Below are positions 28,078 to 38,396 of a stretch of DNA of 63,437 nucleotides, in pieces. The DNA is from an uncultured virus (IMG/VR IMGVR_UViG_3300029319_000008) (lineage: Duplodnaviria; Heunggongvirae; Uroviricota; Caudoviricetes): the IMG/VR virus record IMGVR_UViG_3300029319_000008. One strand, given 5' to 3'. Within the stretch, counting starts at the first letter, position 1, and each line of letters begins with the position of its first letter. The translations under genes were made by a program, and so were the position numbers. Below the pieces are notes generated by a model that was not told where the DNA came from, searched no databases, and was given only the letters and a program-made list of their open reading frames with translations.

Positions 28078-31000
28078 TTACTCTACTCCGATTATGCCCT
28101 TGGCGATGGTGTACGTACGTTTCTTCTTTATATATCCAGTAGCGGTAGGATCAATAGTAATAGGTCCTCCGTTATTGCTGGCATTATAGGTATTGAACCC
28201 TGATTTAAATAATTTCACATTCCATGCTTGATTTATAAATGTAATATCACGAATTTCCATTTCAGCAGGAACACTATAACCACTTACTGTGTTATGTTCT
28301 TGAAGTGTGACAATATCTCCAATTGTGAATGAAGCAACTGTGTCAGCAGTAACTTTAATTGTATATTCTTCCGTAGAAGAATTGAAAGATACTACTCCAG
28401 TAATATTGTAATTATCAGCATCTCCAATATTTATCTCCTCATTAGCGTTAACAAAATAAACAATGTAATTGTAATTAATTCCTACAGTACCTTGAATACT
28501 TCTATAAGGAATTGAATCTAAAGTGTTTGAGTTTCCTGGAATTTGTACTTGAACTCCACCATTAACTACATCATATGCTTGAACTTCAAGAACAGATCTA
28601 GTTACACCCCCACTTACATATGTAAGAGGAGTTGGTGCTAAAGTTTCATTACCATTAATATCAACTGTTACAGTGTATACAAAAGAAGAGAAAGTAGTGC
28701 TGGTAAAGTTTTTAGCAACATTTTCTTCAACATATGTAAATCTTACAGGACCATTTGTTCCAGTTCCTGCTGTCTTATAGCAATTTAGATTAATACTATT
28801 GTAATCAGAATCATATATGTCAGTTGTTGGAATCCACTCATCATCAGGACCAAGAATTAGATTATTTTCAGTATTAGCACTTCTAGTACCATAAATTCTA
28901 AGTCCTGTACCAGAGTTTCTAATAATACAAGAGTTAAATGCTACAACTTCAGTTGTAGTAATATCTGCAGGACCAGGATTATTGATAAATGCTGTATCAG
29001 ATACTTTTAAAATTATGGTATCAGTTGCTTGTAAAGGATTATCAAATGTTGTATAAGTAATAGAATTATCACTTATAAAACAGTTTTGAATAGAAACTCT
29101 TTCTCCATTTGCTACCCATAAACCATCACCAATTGAACGTTTAATATCAACTGTAGATATAGAGAAATTCTTTATACCATCTGCATAAACTACAGCATTT
29201 CCTTCTGGTGATCCACTATTACCTAATCTTATATTGTTTGAGTAATTACCATCAACAACTAAGTTTTGAATTGTAACATTTTCAATAGGTTGTGATTCTG
29301 AGTTAGATGCAACTCCAGCAGCAGTTTCTCCTTTTCTTAACCATAATGCTGCATATAATCTACTAAACTCACCAGCAGATGCTTTATTCCAACTAGTATC
29401 AAAGAATTGTTTTTTAATAATAGTAGATTTACCAGCACCAGTGAGAGAGAAATTAGGAGGAACAGTTAATCTAGTTACTAGATATGTACCACCAGTTAAG
29501 TATAATGAATCTAATCCTTTATCAATAACATCATCCATTACAGCATGAATTGCTGAAGTATCATCATGAGTAAGTTGTATTCCACCACCTGCAAGATCAA
29601 TATTAGTAGAGTTTGTAGTATCAACTACGTCATATGTTGTATCACTAGATGGTGTAAGAGTTAATGTTTTTGCACTATAATCAAGTGAGAAAATTTCTCT
29701 TTCAATAAATCCAGGAATTGCTCTTGCAGTTGGAACACTAGCAGGAATAACAGTAGTAGGGAATGACTTTATTGGAAGGAATTTACTATTAATAGTTCCA
29801 TCAGAATTTAACTCTCCCCAAGTACATCTATCAAATGGTCCATAATCTTTATATGTAATTGGACCTAAGTTAATATCAGAACCAATATCTCTTTGACCAA
29901 GAATAGCAATTAAATTTAAGTTATTATTATGAACACTAGGTGTAAGAGGAGTACCTTCTGAATCTGTTACATTACTATTAATATTATTATGAAATCTATA
30001 GATTAAAACTGAGTGATTAGCATCTGGTCTAAAAACAACTACACTATTAAATCTTTGCTCATTAAATTGATCAAGAGGAAAGTTTTGAACAACATTAGTG
30101 TTTGCTCCTACTCCAGCATGATTGAGTTGATGGAATGAAGAAATTACTCCAGTGTTCACATTCATAAGACGAGCAAAATAAGTATATTGTACGCCACCAC
30201 CAGAACCACCAACACCAGCAGTTTTTTGAGAACTTTGATCAATAGCAGAAGTCCACTGATTGTAAATTGAAGATGAATCAGCGTTAGTATAATCATATTG
30301 TGTAATATCTTTAGTGTTTATACCAAACACTTTAATATCTTGACCAACTCTCCATGTACCAATATTTTGAGCAAAATTATTACTATTTTCAGTGTAATCA
30401 CTAACAGTTAATACAACTCTTCCTTGCCCATCAACTGAAAGTCCAGTTGCTCTGTAAACAGTATCATCACCAGAAACACCAAAAGCAGCAAGGTTGTTAA
30501 CATCTCCCGTATTCTGAGTAAAATACTCAAGTTCAGTTCCTGCTTCATTAACTCTTAATAACTGTTCTGGAAGTCCTGCAGTTGTAATACCAGTACCACC
30601 CTTATTAATGGGTATAATAGGAATGTCTGTTAATTGAATATTCTGATAACTTGTAGCACGAATAGAACCATTTACATCAAGAGTTGCTTGTGGATCATTA
30701 GTATTAATACCAACTCGATTTTCATCATTTGGATATGCATTATCATTTGTGTCAAGAGATCTAACATGAATTACATCATCACCACCAGTTTTAATTTTAA
30801 GAAGGTTATTAGTATTACCAATTTCAAGAGATGTATCTACAGTGTTATATGTTAAAATATCTGTATATGTAGATGATGTAGTAAGGATTTTAATTATATT
30901 TGATCCTAAAGTAATTCCTGTGCTTGGTGTTAATGCTAATAAACTTTCTCCATTAACTGAAAATACTAAACTTTCAGGAGTGTCTACTCTAGAAATACCT

Positions 31001-31368
31001 GTGGTAAGTGAGTCACCAAAAATAATTGATGGAGCAGTTAACGTTCCATTGTTAAGTTTAATTTTTGGAGAATTAATTTGAGTATTATTATCTGCTACCG
31101 TAAAATTACCAGATGTTAATGTAAGACCACCTAATGATATTGTACATGCATCTACATTACCTGTTGCAGCGGTTAATGATAGTAAATTATTACTGGCACT
31201 AAAAAACGTTGGTCCTTGACCAACTCTAATATTTAAATCTGATTCTAATGTAATTGGTTGTTGTCCAGTATCAGGGGATCCAGTCGCATTTAAATATTGG
31301 GTATCAAACTTACCCTCAGTAATAGTGGAGTCCTTAATAACACTTGACGTAATTCTTGTTAATGCCAT
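28078..31368 (-). CDS. Tail fibre/tailspike with a right-handed beta-helix (pectate-lyase-3-like)
   Basis: 1096 aa; MALTRI start; RVGINT.DPQATLDVNG; HDDTSAIH..., LYLTGGTYLV..L.VP..FSLTGAG, IENVTIQNLVVDGN. Confidence 0.75.
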   Translation of the reverse strand: MALTRITSSVIKDSTITEGKFDTQYLNATGSPDTGQQPITLESDLNIRVGQGPTFFSASNNLLSLTAATGNVDACTISLGGLTLTSGNFTVADNNTQINSPKIKLNNGTLTAPSIIFGDSLTTGISRVDTPESLVFSVNGESLLALTPSTGITLGSNIIKILTTSSTYTDILTYNTVDTSLEIGNTNNLLKIKTGGDDVIHVRSLDTNDNAYPNDENRVGINTNDPQATLDVNGSIRATSYQNIQLTDIPIIPINKGGTGITTAGLPEQLLRVNEAGTELEYFTQNTGDVNNLAAFGVSGDDTVYRATGLSVDGQGRVVLTVSDYTENSNNFAQNIGTWRVGQDIKVFGINTKDITQYDYTNADSSSIYNQWTSAIDQSSQKTAGVGGSGGGVQYTYFARLMNVNTGVISSFHQLNHAGVGANTNVVQNFPLDQFNEQRFNSVVVFRPDANHSVLIYRFHNNINSNVTDSEGTPLTPSVHNNNLNLIAILGQRDIGSDINLGPITYKDYGPFDRCTWGELNSDGTINSKFLPIKSFPTTVIPASVPTARAIPGFIEREIFSLDYSAKTLTLTPSSDTTYDVVDTTNSTNIDLAGGGIQLTHDDTSAIHAVMDDVIDKGLDSLYLTGGTYLVTRLTVPPNFSLTGAGKSTIIKKQFFDTSWNKASAGEFSRLYAALWLRKGETAAGVASNSESQPIENVTIQNLVVDGNYSNNIRLGNSGSPEGNAVVYADGIKNFSISTVDIKRSIGDGLWVANGERVSIQNCFISDNSITYTTFDNPLQATDTIILKVSDTAFINNPGPADITTTEVVAFNSCIIRNSGTGLRIYGTRSANTENNLILGPDDEWIPTTDIYDSDYNSINLNCYKTAGTGTNGPVRFTYVEENVAKNFTSTTFSSFVYTVTVDINGNETLAPTPLTYVSGGVTRSVLEVQAYDVVNGGVQVQIPGNSNTLDSIPYRSIQGTVGINYNYIVYFVNANEEINIGDADNYNITGVVSFNSSTEEYTIKVTADTVASFTIGDIVTLQEHNTVSGYSVPAEMEIRDITFINQAWNVKLFKSGFNTYNASNNGGPITIDPTATGYIKKKRTYTIAKGIIGVE

Positions 31369-31390
31369 TCTGTGCTTTTACCCTATGTTT

Positions 31391-31397
31391 TATTTAT
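31391..31397 (-). promoter_or_regulatory. T4-type late promoter
   Basis: ATAAATA about 23 nt upstream of the 31368 start. Confidence 0.6.
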
Positions 31398-34300
31398 TAG
31401 TTAGCGAGACAACGAATATCAATTCTAGAACCATCATCAATAGATGAGTCAAAATAAAGGAATGTTCCATCAAAATGGTAATCAATATATGGTTGTTGAA
31501 TAACACCATTTAAGTAAACCACCATACTTCTAGTATTGAAATCAGCAATATTACCAATTCCACCAATATCAGCATCTCTTGGTGAAGCAGCTTGATGAGG
31601 TGTACCACTAGAAGCACCAAAATAAACAAAACCGCCAAGAGGTGTTGTTAATCTTATACCAAAAGAACGTACTATACTTGAAATTTCTGCACTACCTTGA
31701 TAACGTGCAACGTTAATATTTAATGGTGCTTGATTGCCATTGCCTGGTCCATCAAGAAGAGTAACAGTAGTAGTATTGTTAGCAGAATTAGGTTGAGAAT
31801 TAACAATAGTAATTGTTGTACTAAATGCTTTTCCACTTAAACCATATGTTGCAGTAGTTGGAATAGTAACATTACCATCTACATCAACACTAAATTTACT
31901 ATCGCCTCCTACCGTTGCTTCAATTATTTTAGAGTCAGAAGCACCAAGTGGAGTAGAATCAATAGCAATATCGATTGGTTTATATGTTACATTAGTGTCA
32001 GTCCAAGATTGATCAATATGTAATCTATATTCTTTAGTAGAACTAATTCCTGGTAAAGCATCTGAGACACCTACACCAATATCAAGATGTGTACCTATCC
32101 TTTGATTAGTTGTTACATCTAAATCATAATTTTCATTAAAATCTGTACCAGCAACACCATTATCAGAACCAACATTTAATGTATAATTGTTTGAATTTTT
32201 GTATGAATGGATTCTTTCAGTTCCAATAATTCCAGATTCTCTCCACTCAGTACCTTCATATATCCAACCAATATTTCCACCATCTTCTGCTTGAGTATTA
32301 AGTACAATATCACCATCTGATGAATCTCCAGTTGCTGGTAATGCACCACTATTACGATTAAGAATTGTACTTACAATACCATCAGGGTTTCTAATTTTAA
32401 CACCACTGAAGAAGTTATCTTGAGTGTCAAATGTAGTTCCTTTTAAGAACGATACAGGACCCTGGAAAGTAGATGTAATTGTATTTCCAGAACCACCAAT
32501 AACAGTTAAATTATCTTTAATTGTTAGAGTGTCAAGTTCACTAATTTGGTTTTCTGTGGTCTTACCAGTAACAGCGTTAATAACAGTGTTACCAATATAA
32601 AGGTCACCTTGAGAGTTAAGACCTGAATAGAAAGCAATACCACCTTGTTCTTTAAGTGACTGAGAGTACTTAACTTCATCAGCATTAAGAACTTTATTCT
32701 GTTTAATTGGGAATCCAGTAGAATAGTTACCAGGTCCGAAACCAACATATTCAAATGTATGGTTACCAGATCTTATAGTAGATGGTCTACGAAGTTCTAC
32801 CTCAAGAGTGTCAGTAGGTCTTCTTGGATTAATAGGAATCTTTCTTATTTCACCATTACCAATTCCAGATACAAAATCAGTTTCTTCAAGTATATGAGAA
32901 TTGTTTATTTGATTACCATTATTAATATAATAATGCTCAAGTTTAGAAGTAGCAGTTACTGGATTAGTCCAATTCCATTCTAATTCGTTATTTAAATATT
33001 CATCAAAGAAATATGAAAGTGATTCTTTAGTAATGCTGAAAGAAGTGTCTGGAACAACGTCATTTGAATTTAAACCAGTTGTAGTGTTAACCACACCTAT
33101 TGTAATTGGATCAGCAACAGAATCTGCAATAATTGGATCATTTACAATATTGTCAATATCAATAACAGGGTATACATTATCAATATTTTGACTAAGTTTG
33201 AAATTATTTCCTGGTAGAACTGTTGTATTTACAGGAATAGAACCTTTTAGAACTGTAAGATAATAAACACCAGGAACTTCTGCAGTTGTTGATGTTGCTT
33301 TTTGGAACGGTGTTACCTCTTCAACCTCATAAACATAATAAACATCATTGTACTCATGACCAGAAATTCTATTATATGTTATGCCTGCTTGTTCAGGAGT
33401 TACTGATGTAGGTACACTTCCACCACCATTAGCAGCATCAGTACCAAGTGCAGTAATAACAATATCAAGTAAAGTAAATGCAGCGTCCCTTACATTAGTA
33501 CAACCACCAAATGGAGTTGTTAATTGTTCTTCTCCAGAAATTGGAACGAAGGGTACAATGTTTCCAAGATTATATTTTGCTGCATTATCACCACTTTCAT
33601 TATTATTCTCAATACTTCCAATATCTGGAGTATTTACTGGTGCATTAGTATTACCATTATTGATAACAAATGTCATCAAAGGTTTTAGGTAGATATTAAA
33701 TATTTCTGCTGCTTCATCTCTATCATTAAAAATACCAGAAGTACCATAGGGATCATTAACATATTTGTCTCCTGCAAAAACAACCTGATCGTTACCACCA
33801 AAACGTAAATTATATGCAATTGCTTCAATAACATTAACTATATCATCAATACATGATGTTCTATGTCCTGGAGAATTTAATTCAGTTTGACCTGGATTAT
33901 CTCCAATCCATCTTGCAATTGCTTCATGTGCAAGGAAATACTTATTAAGAAGTAGTAAATTAGCACCATCAGTAAATCTATCACCTCTACCTCTAATTCC
34001 TGGTCCTCTCTTAACTTGAAGAACATAACCTCTTTGTGGGAATGAAGGTGTTGGATCAGTAGCAAGTCCATTCTCAGTTTGTGTTACATAACGTAATCTA
34101 TAAATTTTATCATCATCAACTCTTTCATCAACAATTCTCTTAATATAAGATGTTGGAGTTGTACTAATAGTAGCAACACCATACTTACTATTACCATTCA
34201 TGGCAGCATAAATTTCATTTGATGCTCCAGAATTTACATTAAGATACCATCCACCTGCAGTGTCTGAAAGTGTAGCAGAATCATAATCAAAAATATTACC

Positions 34301-37039
34301 ATTTACAGGATTAATTTCTGCAGATTGTTCACTAGTTGAAGTTGCAGAAGAATTAGCAAAAAGTGGTACGAAAATTTTATCAGTAATAGTAGATCCATCT
34401 TTATCAAGAACTCTATCACCAATAGTAAATTTACCTACTTTTTTAGTTAATCCATCACCAACTGCTAATACACAATCTAAACCTACACCATCAACAGCAT
34501 TAGTTGGAATAACAATTTCATTTCCTGGTTGGAAAGAACCATACACACCACCTTGGAAAGATGCACTAGTTACAACTCCATTACTTACACCTAAAATAAT
34601 TGTTCTAGCATTTCCACCTGGATCATTTACAGTAACATTACCTGCAGTAAAATTAGATCCACCGCTAGTAATTCCTAAGAAATTATCTCTACCAGAAAGA
34701 TAAATTCTTGTTGTATATCCTTGTGTTTTTGGTGCATTAATAGATTCATAGTAACTATTAGAAGGAGTAGATTCTACATTTCTTGGAGGAATTATATGAG
34801 TAATTTTACCAAGAGCGTCTTTATTAAATGACTGATCACTAAATCCAATAGAACGCATAGCATTCATACCAAAGTTACTATTTGAGTTAGTGATAGACAT
34901 ATCACCACCATCTTCAGCAATAAAGTGATCAGCATAACCAACAGCAAATACAGAAACTGCTTGGATTACAGCACGATTAGATGCTTTGACGTGATAACTT
35001 CTTTGGAGTGGATTGTAAATTGCTTCTGGATCTGTATGTAATGATTCCGTTCCTATTTGTGCAGTAAAATTATTAGAACCCTCTCTATACTTTAAGAATG
35101 CAGTGTCATCTTTTTGTAGAGAAATACCAGTATACTGAGCAACAACCATTGATTTAAATCCAGTTGCTCTAGATCCATCAGCATGCATACCACAAATACC
35201 ATAAACTGATCGTAATGATACGTTAAAGATATATGGTGATGCAGATTCTACGGTGTCAATTTCTACTTGAACCTCTGCAGTTGGTGCATTGCCGTTTGCA
35301 GCACTGTAACTAACTTGGAATCCACTAGATGAAGGATCATCATCACCTGGAACACTATTTTCAAGTCCATCAAGTGCAGTGACTGAAGCAGGAGTAATAT
35401 TAAAAGTAAATTGACTTCTAGTGTTAACAGTAGCAACCTGTCTTTGTCCAATATAGTATCCATTAGTTGTACTATCAGAACTAATGGTACCTCTAATTGC
35501 AACAAAGTTTCCTGAAGTAATTTCAAGATCTTGATCAAGATTTACAGTGATTACATTGTTATTTCTAGTTACAGATTTTATATCTACAGCATCTGCTAAT
35601 GCACCAACAATTCTATTCTCTTGAATTTTTGCTTCAATTTTTTCACAAGAGATAACAGAAACTACATCAGATACTTTTCTGTAAAAATATTTTAAATCAT
35701 GAAGTGATGCATATTCAAATACAGTTAATTTTGTATGACTGAATTGAATATCGTCAGTTAATGTCCAATTGGTTTGTGGTTTTACACTTGTCTCTCTATA
35801 AACACCCTGTGGATCACCATCAAAAATAGAGAATTGCCAGAAATAACAACCACCAGTAATTCTAAACAATGCAGTTCTACTATTGTCATCTTCATATGGA
35901 AGATCAACAGTTACTCCAGATCCAATGTTTGTACTATTTGAAACATCTGTGGCAGTATAACCATGAGGTTTAGAAATACCAACAGTAATAGAAGAACTAC
36001 CAGTGTTACATGAAACATCTGTAATAACTGTTCCTTCTGAAATTTTTAAAGATGTATCTACTGCAGTAATACCACCAGTAGTTCCACTTATGAATGTATG
36101 AGGAGATTGTCCAGATGGTCCAGCAGTACCAACGTTTACAGTAATTGTTCCACCTGCTTGGTCTACTGCCTGAATATTAATTGTTCTATCATATGCAGGA
36201 TCAGTGGTTCTTGGATAGTCATAGGTACCTCCACCTTGTGTGCATGAAAATGTTAAAGATTCTAATGCAATACGAATACTATTATCTGTAGTTAATGAGT
36301 GAGATCCGATTTGAAGAACTAATTCACCTGTAGCAGGATCGTAAGTGGTTCCAGTTTGTGCAGTAAATTGACTAATAATTGAATATCCAGCAACACCTTT
36401 TTTAAAAGAAGATCCAATAATTAGATCATTAATATTATCAACTCCATCAGGACCATTAGTAACACCAGTAATAGTTAATTCATTAGGATTAACGTTTGAC
36501 GCTGTGTAACTAACTTGAGTTGTTCCAGTAACACTATTAGTTCCACCATTAGGAATAAATTTAGGTCTAATTTTTGTTTTTCTAAGATCTAAACCTATTA
36601 AAGATACACCTCTAGGAATAATTAGTCCACCACGAACTGAGTTGGTAATTTTGTAGAGATCACCATACTGTTTAGTTGTATCAGACCAACCATATTGACC
36701 AGTAACAGGACCAGCAGAAAATGGGACTGATGCTAACTCACCAACGTAATTACCATTACCATCAACACCATAAGCATATGATCCAGGGCGGTTGTCAACA
36801 ATGTGATCACCAGGGTACAACATAATTGTAAACTGGTCAAATTTATCGTCAGCATTTCCTGCACTTACATACGAATACCTTGCCACTTCAAGCACTGCAC
36901 GTGCAATTGTCTTGAATGGTCTTAGTGGTGAATTTCCTTTATTATCAATTGCATCTGTAGCGTCAAAGTCATCTGGATTTACATAAAGAATCCTTCCTTC
37001 TACGGACGATATAATATTTTGGAGTCGGGTTAATGCCAT
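31397..37039 (-). CDS. Large tail-fibre-like structural protein (cyanomyophage conserved family)
   Basis: 1880 aa; MALTRLQNII...ILYVNPDDFDATDAIDN.GNS..RPFKTI.RA; ASPYIFNVSLRSVYGICGMHADG; ELRRPS.IRSGNHTFEYVGFGPGNYSTG. Confidence 0.8.
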   Translation of the reverse strand: MALTRLQNIISSVEGRILYVNPDDFDATDAIDNKGNSPLRPFKTIARAVLEVARYSYVSAGNADDKFDQFTIMLYPGDHIVDNRPGSYAYGVDGNGNYVGELASVPFSAGPVTGQYGWSDTTKQYGDLYKITNSVRGGLIIPRGVSLIGLDLRKTKIRPKFIPNGGTNSVTGTTQVSYTASNVNPNELTITGVTNGPDGVDNINDLIIGSSFKKGVAGYSIISQFTAQTGTTYDPATGELVLQIGSHSLTTDNSIRIALESLTFSCTQGGGTYDYPRTTDPAYDRTINIQAVDQAGGTITVNVGTAGPSGQSPHTFISGTTGGITAVDTSLKISEGTVITDVSCNTGSSSITVGISKPHGYTATDVSNSTNIGSGVTVDLPYEDDNSRTALFRITGGCYFWQFSIFDGDPQGVYRETSVKPQTNWTLTDDIQFSHTKLTVFEYASLHDLKYFYRKVSDVVSVISCEKIEAKIQENRIVGALADAVDIKSVTRNNNVITVNLDQDLEITSGNFVAIRGTISSDSTTNGYYIGQRQVATVNTRSQFTFNITPASVTALDGLENSVPGDDDPSSSGFQVSYSAANGNAPTAEVQVEIDTVESASPYIFNVSLRSVYGICGMHADGSRATGFKSMVVAQYTGISLQKDDTAFLKYREGSNNFTAQIGTESLHTDPEAIYNPLQRSYHVKASNRAVIQAVSVFAVGYADHFIAEDGGDMSITNSNSNFGMNAMRSIGFSDQSFNKDALGKITHIIPPRNVESTPSNSYYESINAPKTQGYTTRIYLSGRDNFLGITSGGSNFTAGNVTVNDPGGNARTIILGVSNGVVTSASFQGGVYGSFQPGNEIVIPTNAVDGVGLDCVLAVGDGLTKKVGKFTIGDRVLDKDGSTITDKIFVPLFANSSATSTSEQSAEINPVNGNIFDYDSATLSDTAGGWYLNVNSGASNEIYAAMNGNSKYGVATISTTPTSYIKRIVDERVDDDKIYRLRYVTQTENGLATDPTPSFPQRGYVLQVKRGPGIRGRGDRFTDGANLLLLNKYFLAHEAIARWIGDNPGQTELNSPGHRTSCIDDIVNVIEAIAYNLRFGGNDQVVFAGDKYVNDPYGTSGIFNDRDEAAEIFNIYLKPLMTFVINNGNTNAPVNTPDIGSIENNNESGDNAAKYNLGNIVPFVPISGEEQLTTPFGGCTNVRDAAFTLLDIVITALGTDAANGGGSVPTSVTPEQAGITYNRISGHEYNDVYYVYEVEEVTPFQKATSTTAEVPGVYYLTVLKGSIPVNTTVLPGNNFKLSQNIDNVYPVIDIDNIVNDPIIADSVADPITIGVVNTTTGLNSNDVVPDTSFSITKESLSYFFDEYLNNELEWNWTNPVTATSKLEHYYINNGNQINNSHILEETDFVSGIGNGEIRKIPINPRRPTDTLEVELRRPSTIRSGNHTFEYVGFGPGNYSTGFPIKQNKVLNADEVKYSQSLKEQGGIAFYSGLNSQGDLYIGNTVINAVTGKTTENQISELDTLTIKDNLTVIGGSGNTITSTFQGPVSFLKGTTFDTQDNFFSGVKIRNPDGIVSTILNRNSGALPATGDSSDGDIVLNTQAEDGGNIGWIYEGTEWRESGIIGTERIHSYKNSNNYTLNVGSDNGVAGTDFNENYDLDVTTNQRIGTHLDIGVGVSDALPGISSTKEYRLHIDQSWTDTNVTYKPIDIAIDSTPLGASDSKIIEATVGGDSKFSVDVDGNVTIPTTATYGLSGKAFSTTITIVNSQPNSANNTTTVTLLDGPGNGNQAPLNINVARYQGSAEISSIVRSFGIRLTTPLGGFVYFGASSGTPHQAASPRDADIGGIGNIADFNTRSMVVYLNGVIQQPYIDYHFDGTFLYFDSSIDDGSRIDIRCLAN

Positions 37040-37076
37040 TAAATTTTCCTAATATGACACGGATCTAGTTCTTGAG

Positions 37077-37244
37077 TTATTTATATTCTTTACGAACCTT
37101 CTTAAGTGCCTTTAATTCTAGTTTAATATTCTTGTATGCAGTTTCAGAACTCATCTTACCAGAAAGTTCCATAGCACAAATCATTTCTACTTTCTTACCA
37201 AAATTATATACTGCTAAGTTAAATTTAGTTAGATTGCTATACAT
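37077..37244 (-). CDS. Small cyanobacterial-like conserved protein (55 aa)
   Basis: MYSNL...FGKKVEMICAMELSGKMSSETAYKNIK; a late promoter TATAAATA (37078-37085) overlaps its stop and serves the 37039 gene. Confidence 0.65.
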   Translation of the reverse strand: MYSNLTKFNLAVYNFGKKVEMICAMELSGKMSSETAYKNIKLELKALKKVRKEYK

Positions 37245-37267
37245 ATATTTTACTATACTATCTATAA

Positions 37268-37325
37268 CCCCTCTTCCTGGAGTCGAACCAGGACAATAAT
37301 TACTCTACCGTTAAGTTAAAGAGGA
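37268..37325 (-). pseudogene. tRNA-like element lacking the anticodon arm (tRNA-Asn-like body)
   Basis: TCCTCTT/AAGAGGG acceptor, D arm ACTT-AACGGTA-GAGT, 9-nt linker AATTATTGT, T arm CCTGG-TTCGACT-CCAGG. Confidence 0.7.
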
Positions 37326-37331
37326 TTGGGT

Positions 37332-37500
37332 GGGAGGTTGGATTACTGTATACCAACAAAAGAAAGGGCATTACTACAGTGTAAAATACTTTCTTTGCCT
37401 GAGACCCGACTGGTAAGTCGATTCTGCATCGCTGCAGCAGCACCACCTGTGTCTCATCACCTTAACTAGCGGTTGCCAGTAAGTTTATTCAGTCACTCCC
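37332..37500 (-). ncRNA. manA-like structured RNA
   Basis: About 170 nt closed by GGGAG/CTCCC; internal stems TGAGAC/GTCTCA, CGACT/AGTCG, GTTGG/CCAAC; GGTGGTGCTGC core; tRNA-adjacent as known for manA RNAs (recognised from memory). Confidence 0.65.
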
Positions 37501-37522
37501 TATGGTGATGATCAGTCACCAA

Positions 37523-37596
37523 AACCAAATATCGGACTCGAACCGATGACCTACGCTTTAGAAGAGCGTTGTTCTATCCATCTGAACTAATTTGGT
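37523..37596 (-). tRNA. tRNA-Arg(UCU)
   Basis: ACCAAAT/ATTTGGT acceptor, ACGCT-CTTCTAA-AGCGT anticodon arm, TTCGAGT T loop; no encoded CCA. Confidence 0.9.
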
Positions 37597-37614
37597 GATT
37601 TGTTTATTCTCTCA

Positions 37615-37699
37615 TAAGAGTGGGGGGACTTGAACCCCCATGAACATAATGTTCGACGGATTTTAAGTCCGATGCGTCTACCAATTCCGCCACACTCTC
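37615..37699 (-). tRNA. tRNA-Leu(UAA)
   Basis: GAGAGTG/CACTCTT acceptor, CTTAAAA anticodon loop, long variable arm GAACA-TTA-TGTTC, TTCAAGT T loop, A73. Confidence 0.92.
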
Positions 37700-37877
37700 A
37701 ATAATCGTATTTGATGTCGATTATGTCAGCGACACTACGAACAACTTTAAAAACATCTAAAAACTGATCAGGAGTTTCACAATCAACTACTAATTCGTTG
37801 CCAGTGTCAGAATAAATTGTGAATTGTCTTGAAGAGATATTCACATTAATCAAAGCGACGGTTTCGTCTACATTCAT
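37698..37877 (-). CDS. Conserved cyanophage hypothetical protein
   Basis: MNVDETV...RQFTIYSDTG...VDCETPDQFLDV; start set by the promoter at 37897-37930. Confidence 0.65.
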   Translation of the reverse strand: MNVDETVALINVNISSRQFTIYSDTGNELVVDCETPDQFLDVFKVVRSVADIIDIKYDY

Positions 37878-37896
37878 GATGTGTTTGTCTTGAACA

Positions 37897-37930
37897 TATT
37901 TAGTATACCACGGGGTTTGGTCTTTGTCAA
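37897..37930 (-). promoter_or_regulatory. Composite sigma70 + late promoter for the tRNA cluster
   Basis: TTGACA(37925-37930)-17-TATACT(37902-37907) overlapping CTAAATA. Confidence 0.75.
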
Positions 37931-38214
37931 CCCCCAGCGAATACATTACTACTCCCTCCTGATACAGATGTACAGGTCGGGTCCCCTACTCTACCACATC
38001 CTTTGCCATTTACAAAGACCGATCCAGATCCACTACTTATACTAGTAGCGTGTGGAGGACATTTATCACCTGCAGGAAATTTGTGAGTTGTGTTTTTATC
38101 TCCTTGACGACTCACTGAAATACCATTGCAAAATACATTACCGCTACCAGCAGCACGTACCATACCTGAACAATGAGATACTTCACTGTCCCCTACTCTG
38201 GTAACTGCTGGCAT
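37927..38214 (-). CDS. PAAR spike-tip protein (T4 gp5.4-like)
   Basis: MPAVTRVGD...HC...GS.NVFCNG...H...GSGSVFVNGKGCGRVGD...GSSNVFAG. Confidence 0.9.
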   Translation of the reverse strand: MPAVTRVGDSEVSHCSGMVRAAGSGNVFCNGISVSRQGDKNTTHKFPAGDKCPPHATSISSGSGSVFVNGKGCGRVGDPTCTSVSGGSSNVFAGG

Positions 38215-38396
38215 TTTTCAGATCCTCCTACTAATTTGCTGATTGCTCTTGTAGCAAAATCATACATTTGTTTATGTATTGAAATGTCACACTTTTCATA
38301 TTCTGCCTTCTCTATGTATTTAGTGTCCTTAAGAGGGTTCTCATCAAACCACTGGTCATAAGGTAATTTTTGATTTGCTTTATATGTCATTGCCAA
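38193..38396 (-). CDS. Hypothetical protein
   Basis: 67 aa; LPYDQWFD and SIHKQMY, in the operon. Confidence 0.6.
   Translation of the reverse strand: MAMTYKANQKLPYDQWFDENPLKDTKYIEKAEYEKCDISIHKQMYDFATRAISKLVGGSEKCQQLPE

Noticed and set aside
8064..37039. Diversity-generating retroelement or invertible fibre cassette
   Set aside because: No reverse transcriptase or recombinase in the window, and no template/variable repeat pair or flanking inverted repeats seen by eye
37072..37299. Plus-strand 75-aa ORF
   Set aside because: Antisense to the 55-aa gene at 37077-37244 and the tRNA-like element
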